DNA of 64,000 bases, taken from NCBI RefSeq assembly GCF_910588715.1, contig NZ_CAJURG010000004.1, positions 60,627-124,626 on the forward strand, given 5' to 3'. This stretch comes from an uncultured Clostridium sp. (lineage in GTDB: Bacteria > Bacillota > Clostridia > Clostridiales > Clostridiaceae). Every line of letters begins with the position of its first letter. Position 1 is the first letter of the stretch. The position numbers were made by a program, and so were the translations under genes. The notes under the pieces are model-generated. The model did not search any database. It was not told where the DNA came from and worked only from the letters and a program-made list of their open reading frames with translations. This document shows positions 57,315 to 64,000 of this stretch, in pieces.

Positions 57315-60300
57315 TTAAATTTCTAATTTTATTTCTTTATCTATGCTAAACAAATATAAATAACCTTCCTTAACTTTCTTTTCCGTTATTTTTTCTAAAG
57401 CATTTTTATAATAATTAAGTTGAGTTTTATATTTTTCAACTATAACATCAATTTTTCCTTCTTCAACATAATCAGTCTTATAATCTAAAAGAACTATTCC
57501 ATCCTCTTCTTCAAAGAAACAATCTATTATCCCTTGAAGTCTGATCTTTTCATCACTATAAATATCCTTATTTAACTCTAAATCATACTCCACACTACTT
57601 AATTCTGTAAAGAAAGGCAACTCTCTTTTTATTAATCTGTCCTCTTTATAAGCTTTTAATAATCTTTTACCTAATTTACTATTAAAGAAATTATATATTT
57701 TTTTATACCATATAGATGATGCCTCTCTTTCTGTTAATGAATTATCTAAAACCATTTCTTCTATTTGTAATTTAATTTCATTAATTGAATTTGCTCTATC
57801 ATAATTAAGCCTTTGCATAACATAATGAATAACAGTTCCTCTTTCAGCAGAAGATAATCCTTTCTCTTCTTTTAAAAATTTAGGTTTTAAAACCTCTTTT
57901 TCTTTAAATACTTCTACTGTATCATGTATCTCATCACCATAAGTAAATTCCTTTTTCTTTAAATCTGACACTGAAATATTACTTGGTAACATTGCACCTT
58001 CTATAAACTTATATTTATAATCAAGCCTTCTCTTTATTTCTTTATTAATAATAACATTTTTAAAATCATTAGATTTTTCACTTTCTTCAAAGTTATCCAC
58101 AGCCTCTAAAGATTTATCCACCGTTAGTAAGTCTTTTGTCCAGAACTTTATGTTCCATTTAGACCTTTCATCATTAATTAAATCTATAGTGGCTCCTGTA
58201 ACCCCTCTTAATTTTTTTCCACAAGCATGTTTACATAGTGCCATAGCAATCCAATCTAAATATGACTTTCCCTTTAAAACTTCTGATGGTAAAATTATAT
58301 TTTTATCTAATGAAGCTGATGAAATCCAACTCTTAATTGATTTTTCCAAATTGCTAGTTGCTCCAGTAATAATTAATTTTTCCTTTGCTCTAGTAAAGGC
58401 AACATAAAGTATTCTCATTTCTTCTGATAAAGTTTCTAGTTTTACTTTTTTCCTTATAGCTTCCTTTGCTAAAGTTGAATATGAATTTCTAGTTTCTAAA
58501 TTAACATAACTAGGACCAAAGCCTAATTCTTCATGATATAAAACAGAATTTGTTAAATCCATTAAATTAAATTGTTTACCCATTCCACTAGCAAATACTA
58601 CTGGAAACTCAAGTCCTTTACTCTTATGAATACTCATAATTCTTACTACATCTTCATTTTCTCCAAGAACCTTAGCACTTCCCATATCTCCAGAAGATTT
58701 TCTTAACTTATTTATAAAATTTATAAAATTAAATAATCCTTTAAAGCTTGTGCTTTCATATTGTTTTGCTCTTTGAAAAAGAATTTTTAAATTTGCCTGT
58801 CTTAACTTTCCATTAGGCATTGCTCCTACATATCCATAAAATGCAGTATCCATATAAAGATACCAAATAAATTCATCTATTGGAGTATATATTGCCCTTT
58901 CTCTCCACTTAGATAAGTTTTCAACAAAAGTATCGCATTTTAATTTCAACTCTTCATTTACTGTTAAATTTTCTTCATGAATTTCCTTTATTATTTCATA
59001 AAAATATAAATCCTTATTTAATAATCTTAAATCACTTAATTCTTCAGCATTAAATCCGCATATAGGCGACCTTAACGTTGCTATCATTGGCACATCTTGA
59101 AGTGGATTATCTATTATTTTTAGTAAGGACATTATAGTTCTAATTTCAATAGATTCAAAATATCCACTACCCGTATCAGCATAAACAGGAATTCCCTTTG
59201 AACCTAACTCATCTAAAAATATTTCTGACCAATTTTTTGTTGCTCTTAAAAGAATAACTATATCTTTGTATTTAATATCTCTATATTCATTAATATCTTT
59301 ATCAAATACCTTAAATTTTTTTCCGTCCTTGCTTTCAAACAATTCATGTATTCTTTTTGCAACAATTTTTGCTTCAAGAGTAATAGCATCTAAGTCTTCT
59401 TCCTCTTCTTTTTTGTTTCCTTCTTCCTCTTCTTCATATAAAAGCTCTTCTTCTTTAATAATACCTGATTTATCTAATATATGAAGTTCAGTTTCTCCAC
59501 CTATTACTGATTCTTCATCAGTAACTTCTTTAAAATTTGCACCTAAGTTTAAGGCTTCTTCATCAGTATATTCAATTTCACCTACTGTATTAGACATAAC
59601 AGTCTTAAATATATAATTTACAGCATCAATAACTTCTTCTCTGCTTCTAAAATTTTTATATAGTTGAATTTTTCTATCTTTACTTCCTTCTTCTAAAGAA
59701 TATCTATTATATTTATCTAAAAATAGTTCTGGTTTTGCCTGTCTAAATCTATATATACTTTGCTTAACATCTCCAACCATAAATACATTAGATTCTTTAA
59801 ATTTTCTTCTTGAAACTAAATCTATTATAGTTTCTTGAACGTTATTAGAATCTTGATATTCATCTACTAATACCTCATCAAAAAACTCCATAAAATGTTC
59901 TGCAACTTTAGATGGAATAATATTATTATTTTCATCCTTATTAATTAATATTTTTAAACAAAGATGCTCTAAATCATTAAAGTCTAATATATTTTTTTCC
60001 CTTTTCTTTTCCTCAAACCTTTTTGAAAATTCAAGAGTTATATTTACTAAAGTCTTCATAAAAGGATATACATTTATTATTCCATCTAAAGCTTCTTGTG
60101 GTGTAAATTCAAAGGTACTTTCAATTAATAATTTTATTTTTTTCTTAACAGAATCTCTTATGCTTTTAACTGAGTTTTGAGCATCCTCATCTGAAACTTG
60201 GTTTTTCTTAACCGTCTTTAACTTAATAAAAGAAATAGAATTTAAAGCAGTATAAATATCATTTAAGCCACACCCTAAACTTTCATAAGCCATTATTAAA

Positions 60301-61073
60301 TAATTATAATCACTATTAAAGGCATCTAAATATGGCTCTAAACCATCAGTATCATTAATTATATCAATTGCTTTTCTATACATATTTAAAAATCCTGATA
60401 ATTCTACTTTTAAGCTTTCTCTTAGAACACTTACCCACTCACTATTATCAAGCTCTTCTAAAGTACTAATATTGAATGCTTCAGCCTTTTCAATAAGCCA
60501 TTTTTCTGGCCAAGGCCCACTCATAGAAAATCTATATAAAGAAAGTATCATTTCTTTTAATTTTTCATCATCCTTAGAACCACTATATGCTTCTATTAAT
60601 TCCTTAAAGTTTTCATTTTCTTCTTCGTAGTATTCTTCAAAAAGCTCCTCAATTATTTCATTTTTCATTAAACTTGCTTCTGTTTCATCACTAATTCTAA
60701 AACTAGGATCTAAGTCTATAGTATAAAAATAATTTTTAATTACATCTAAACAAAAAGAATGCATAGTAGTAATATTTGCTCTACCTAATAAAGTAAGTTG
60801 CCTTTGAAGATTTTTAGAGTTAGGCTTTTTCTCTAATTCTTTAGATATAGCTGCTGCTATTCTCTCCCTCATTTCTGATGCTGCTGCACTTGTAAATGTA
60901 ACAACTAAAAGCTTATCAATATCCACAGGAGTTTCTTCATTTGTTATAATTCTTATGATTCTTTCAACTAAAACAGCAGTCTTTCCTGAGCCAGCAGCTG
61001 CTGCTACAAGTAAGTTACAATTTCTTGTTTCTATTGCTTGAAGTTGTTCATTTGTCCATTTAGTCTCTCCCAT
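57315..61073 (-). CDS. addA: ATP-dependent helicase/nuclease subunit A
   Basis: UvrD-type motifs ([16 protein letters not shown]) and a C-terminal RecB-type nuclease (GIIDCFFEE...LLDYKTD). Start ATG 61073 (GAGGAG RBS) overlaps the addB end. Confidence 0.95.
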   Translation of the reverse strand: MGETKWTNEQLQAIETRNCNLLVAAAAGSGKTAVLVERIIRIITNEETPVDIDKLLVVTFTSAAASEMRERIAAAISKELEKKPNSKNLQRQLTLLGRANITTMHSFCLDVIKNYFYTIDLDPSFRISDETEASLMKNEIIEELFEEYYEEENENFKELIEAYSGSKDDEKLKEMILSLYRFSMSGPWPEKWLIEKAEAFNISTLEELDNSEWVSVLRESLKVELSGFLNMYRKAIDIINDTDGLEPYLDAFNSDYNYLIMAYESLGCGLNDIYTALNSISFIKLKTVKKNQVSDEDAQNSVKSIRDSVKKKIKLLIESTFEFTPQEALDGIINVYPFMKTLVNITLEFSKRFEEKKREKNILDFNDLEHLCLKILINKDENNNIIPSKVAEHFMEFFDEVLVDEYQDSNNVQETIIDLVSRRKFKESNVFMVGDVKQSIYRFRQAKPELFLDKYNRYSLEEGSKDRKIQLYKNFRSREEVIDAVNYIFKTVMSNTVGEIEYTDEEALNLGANFKEVTDEESVIGGETELHILDKSGIIKEEELLYEEEEEGNKKEEEEDLDAITLEAKIVAKRIHELFESKDGKKFKVFDKDINEYRDIKYKDIVILLRATKNWSEIFLDELGSKGIPVYADTGSGYFESIEIRTIMSLLKIIDNPLQDVPMIATLRSPICGFNAEELSDLRLLNKDLYFYEIIKEIHEENLTVNEELKLKCDTFVENLSKWRERAIYTPIDEFIWYLYMDTAFYGYVGAMPNGKLRQANLKILFQRAKQYESTSFKGLFNFINFINKLRKSSGDMGSAKVLGENEDVVRIMSIHKSKGLEFPVVFASGMGKQFNLMDLTNSVLYHEELGFGPSYVNLETRNSYSTLAKEAIRKKVKLETLSEEMRILYVAFTRAKEKLIITGATSNLEKSIKSWISSASLDKNIILPSEVLKGKSYLDWIAMALCKHACGKKLRGVTGATIDLINDERSKWNIKFWTKDLLTVDKSLEAVDNFEESEKSNDFKNVIINKEIKRRLDYKYKFIEGAMLPSNISVSDLKKKEFTYGDEIHDTVEVFKEKEVLKPKFLKEEKGLSSAERGTVIHYVMQRLNYDRANSINEIKLQIEEMVLDNSLTEREASSIWYKKIYNFFNSKLGKRLLKAYKEDRLIKRELPFFTELSSVEYDLELNKDIYSDEKIRLQGIIDCFFEEEDGIVLLDYKTDYVEEGKIDVIVEKYKTQLNYYKNALEKITEKKVKEGYLYLFSIDKEIKLEI

Positions 61074-64000
61074 CTCTAATCTCCTCTGCATTTATTTTAT
61101 TATTCATTGCATTCCATAAATCATCTTTTTTCTTTTTTAATATTATTTTATATTTATTATCTTTTATTGAAGTATCAAATTGACAGATTGATGAATAATC
61201 ACAATAATCACAATATGTTACTTTTGATGATTTACAAGGTTCTATTTTAACATCACCACTAAGCATTTCTTCACATATTTCAATCATTTTATCATTAACA
61301 TATTTTCTTAATAATTCAAATTGTTCTTCTGTAACTACAGAACTTGTGCTTGTAAAATCTCCATCTTTTTTAAATGCAGCTGGAATAATTAGCGAGTATG
61401 TTTCCATGTCTTTATCCATTAATTTAACAAGTTCTGCATTTTTTAATAATAATCCATCCATCTTCAATTTTTTTAATACTTCAGTTTGAATTTCCTCTTC
61501 TGTTAAAGCTTTTTTTGATTTAATAATTGGATTATCAATCTTAAAATATAATATTCCTCCAGGCATATATTGTGTTTTTAAAATTTTATCTGCAGATTTT
61601 AATATTGCATCTAAATAAACTAATAATTGTATTTGAAGACCATAATATAATTCATTTAAATCAAAACTTTTAGAGCCAGATTTATAATCAACAATTCTTA
61701 TGTAGGTTTCTCCATTTAAATCTACTTTGTCAATCCTATCAACTCTACCTTTTAAATATACTGTTTCTTTTGAAGGTAATTCTAACTTTATTGGTTCTGA
61801 ATCTTTAAAATCTCCAAAATCAAATTCACTTTTAAATATGTCAAACTCACCTTTTCTCATTTGTTCTGATATTACTGTTACAGATTTAGTAATAGTCTTT
61901 TTAAATCTTTCTGAGAAATACTGATATTTTTTATTACTATTTAATATAGAGTTAGTTTCATTTTTAAGCTTAATATTAACAAGTTCATTAACTATTTCAG
62001 CACATTTATCTCTTGTTAAATCTCCCCATAATATATTTTCTTTTTTTATTTTATTTGTAAATTGATCTAATATATCATGCATAAATGAACCTAAATCTGG
62101 TGCAGTAAATTCATATAACTTTCTATCCTTAGCCTTTAATCCATATTGAACGTAATAACTAAATGGACATTGTGCATACTTTTCTATTCTAGAAACACTA
62201 AACATTAATCTTCCATTATCGTTACTATATAGTCTCTTTATTTTTTCTCTCGGTATTTTTTCAATTAAGTTAGTATAGTGCAATCCATTAAAAATAATTT
62301 TTGTTTTATCTTTAAATTCATGATTTTCTTCAAACCACTTATGCACCTCTTCCCAATAACCTTCAAATTCTTCTTCATCTTCATATTTTTTTCTTAAAGC
62401 TTCTATAAGCTTATTAAATGTTGGGACTGGTGCAGTTATGTCAGGATATGTATCAATAAATAAGTTATTACTAAATCTTTCACTTTCTTCTTTGAGCCTT
62501 GGAAGAATCTTTTTTAGTCTAGGTATGATTATTGATGGTCTTAAGGATTTACCCTCAAAGTCTGCCATAGGATAAGTAATTGCTAAATAATTTGATGGTA
62601 TTGTTAATGCAGTATAAACCATAAATTGCTCTTCAAATACTCTACTTCTTGTATCACTAGCAAGTTCAATTCCTATACTTTTAAGTTGAATTCTATCTTC
62701 ATCAGATAATATTCCCTCATCTTTATTTGTTGATGGTAATACACCATCATTAACACCTACTATATAAAGTGCTTTTACATCTCTACCCTTTATTCTAGCT
62801 ATATCACCTATATTTACTTGATCTAATGCCATTGGAATTACACCAATTTCTTTTTCTTCAAATCCTGATGTTAATATTTTAGAAAATGTTTTTAAATCAA
62901 CCACTTCATTTCCTAAAACTTCTACAGCTTGATCTAACATATCCATTACTATAGATGGTACTTGAGTATATTCTTTAATTTTGTCTTGCATTCCCTTATC
63001 ATTAAAATCTTCAAGCCACTTATCCATGATTTCAAAAGCATTTATTTCTATTAAAAATTCATATAAAGCAATGCAGTATTTTCTTACTGTAACATCACCC
63101 TTTATTTTATTATATAAATTAATTATTGGTCTTCTGATTTCCTCCATGTATTCAAAAATTTCAATTTCTTCTTGTGTAAGCTCTTTATCTTGAGATATTA
63201 TTAAATCCCTAGTCCATTTATATCCCTTTATTCCATTAGCTAAAATATAATTTTCTAATTTATCAATAAAATTTACTTCTAAATTTATAAGCCCACTTTT
63301 CACATACTTAAAAACACTTTCATAAGACCAATTTGTAGTTAATATTTCTAAAGAAGATATTATTAATACAATTAAAGGATTACTTAATATATCTCTTTTT
63401 TTATCTAAAAAATATGGAATATTATATTCATTAAATATAACTGAAGTTATTTTATCGTAGCTATCAATTTCTCTACAAACAACAGCAATATCTTTATACC
63501 TATATCCCTTATCTCTAACAAGCCTTAATATATCCTTTGCTACCCATTCTATTTCAGAATAATTGTTATTTGCCTTATATAATCTAATATCCTTACACTT
63601 ATCCTCATATATTTTAAAAGGATAATTAAAGAAATACTTTTCTATATGCCCAAGTTCTTTACTATCCTTAAATCTATAAATATTTTTCTTATTTAAATTA
63701 ACAGGTTCTTTATAAAAAATATTATCTTCGCTCATTATTTTTAAAATTCTATTTTCTGTATTTTTAATTACATCAAATATATCAGTTTCACCTTCAATAA
63801 ATTGAATTTCTCCATCGCTACACAAAGTAATATTAACATTCTTACATTGTTTTGCTAATACTCTTAATACTTCTAATTGCTGTGGAGTAAATGTTGTAAA
63901 TTCATCTACCCAAATTTCAGCATCTTTATATAAATCACATTCTTTTAGTTTTTTACCTAAAATAGATAATATGTCTTCAGAATCTATATATCCCTTGTGC
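61060..64000 (-). CDS. addB: ATP-dependent helicase/deoxyribonuclease subunit B, 5'-truncated by the window edge
   Basis: The frame stays open to position 64000 (..[20 protein letters not shown].. precedes the tracked TTG at 63825). C-terminal nuclease with Fe-S Cys set (CPFSYY ... [10 protein letters not shown]). Confidence 0.93.
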   Translation of the reverse strand, partial: HKGYIDSEDILSILGKKLKECDLYKDAEIWVDEFTTFTPQQLEVLRVLAKQCKNVNITLCSDGEIQFIEGETDIFDVIKNTENRILKIMSEDNIFYKEPVNLNKKNIYRFKDSKELGHIEKYFFNYPFKIYEDKCKDIRLYKANNNYSEIEWVAKDILRLVRDKGYRYKDIAVVCREIDSYDKITSVIFNEYNIPYFLDKKRDILSNPLIVLIISSLEILTTNWSYESVFKYVKSGLINLEVNFIDKLENYILANGIKGYKWTRDLIISQDKELTQEEIEIFEYMEEIRRPIINLYNKIKGDVTVRKYCIALYEFLIEINAFEIMDKWLEDFNDKGMQDKIKEYTQVPSIVMDMLDQAVEVLGNEVVDLKTFSKILTSGFEEKEIGVIPMALDQVNIGDIARIKGRDVKALYIVGVNDGVLPSTNKDEGILSDEDRIQLKSIGIELASDTRSRVFEEQFMVYTALTIPSNYLAITYPMADFEGKSLRPSIIIPRLKKILPRLKEESERFSNNLFIDTYPDITAPVPTFNKLIEALRKKYEDEEEFEGYWEEVHKWFEENHEFKDKTKIIFNGLHYTNLIEKIPREKIKRLYSNDNGRLMFSVSRIEKYAQCPFSYYVQYGLKAKDRKLYEFTAPDLGSFMHDILDQFTNKIKKENILWGDLTRDKCAEIVNELVNIKLKNETNSILNSNKKYQYFSERFKKTITKSVTVISEQMRKGEFDIFKSEFDFGDFKDSEPIKLELPSKETVYLKGRVDRIDKVDLNGETYIRIVDYKSGSKSFDLNELYYGLQIQLLVYLDAILKSADKILKTQYMPGGILYFKIDNPIIKSKKALTEEEIQTEVLKKLKMDGLLLKNAELVKLMDKDMETYSLIIPAAFKKDGDFTSTSSVVTEEQFELLRKYVNDKMIEICEEMLSGDVKIEPCKSSKVTYCDYCDYSSICQFDTSIKDNKYKIILKKKKDDLWNAMNNKINAEEIRDGRD

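Noticed and set aside
3032-63193. Many short antisense ORFs in the track (e.g. 3032-3310, 4329-4679, 6600-7387, 10294-10512, 12988-13200, 25491-25889, 27704-27979, 29645-29910, 30264-30500, 32685-33203, 33763-33975, 40280-40462, 41135-41518, 42702-43090, 45436-45804, 48069-48299, 50158-50712, 51223-51423, 52052-52240, 58150-58407, 59266-59484, 61727-61924, 62981-63193)
   Set aside because: Each lies wholly inside, and mostly antisense to, a longer ORF with clear family motifs. They lack Shine-Dalgarno sequences and have shadow-ORF composition. Stop-poor antisense frames are expected in AT-rich genomes.
1-64000. CRISPR arrays, rRNA genes, IS elements, prophage genes
   Set aside because: I noticed no regularly spaced direct repeats, 16S/23S/5S-like sequence, transposase/integrase motifs (DDE, Tyr-recombinase R-H-R-Y) or phage structural genes on either strand.

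Overview
AT-rich (by eye under 30% GC, not computed) chromosomal segment of Clostridium type, with about 50 genes, most on the minus strand. Housekeeping content: M24 Xaa-Pro peptidase, ACT-domain protein, spmAB, LacI-type regulator, ileS behind a T-box leader, RlmI-like methyltransferase, a TIGR01212-type radical SAM protein, a germination locus (cspBA-like double subtilase plus sleC), ppiB, murI, carAB behind a PyrR attenuator, proBA, an ABC-F ATPase, psd, cca, a choloylglycine hydrolase, addAB (addB runs off the right edge), two isolated tRNA genes, and a lysine riboswitch cut by the left edge. The main finding is a co-directional accessory island at 9.27-16.83 kb. It is a radical-SAM RiPP cluster with two rSAM/SPASM maturases, an ABC exporter, an acyl-carrier-protein-like 73-aa protein, a subtilase fused to a large second domain, and a 352-aa protein of unknown function. 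It also holds a 27-aa, three-cysteine precursor ORF (11097..11180, minus) with a strong RBS that is missing from the supplied ORF track. Secondary findings: an orphan CARF plus PD-(D/E)xK (Card1/Can2-like) gene with no CRISPR-Cas in the window; a possible lactococcin-972-like secreted peptide beside an FtsX-topology membrane protein and VanZ; and a duplicated 17-bp palindrome in the 5' regions of two divergent genes. No CRISPR array, rRNA, transposase or integrase was seen. All homology statements rest on motif recognition by eye and memory, not on searches.
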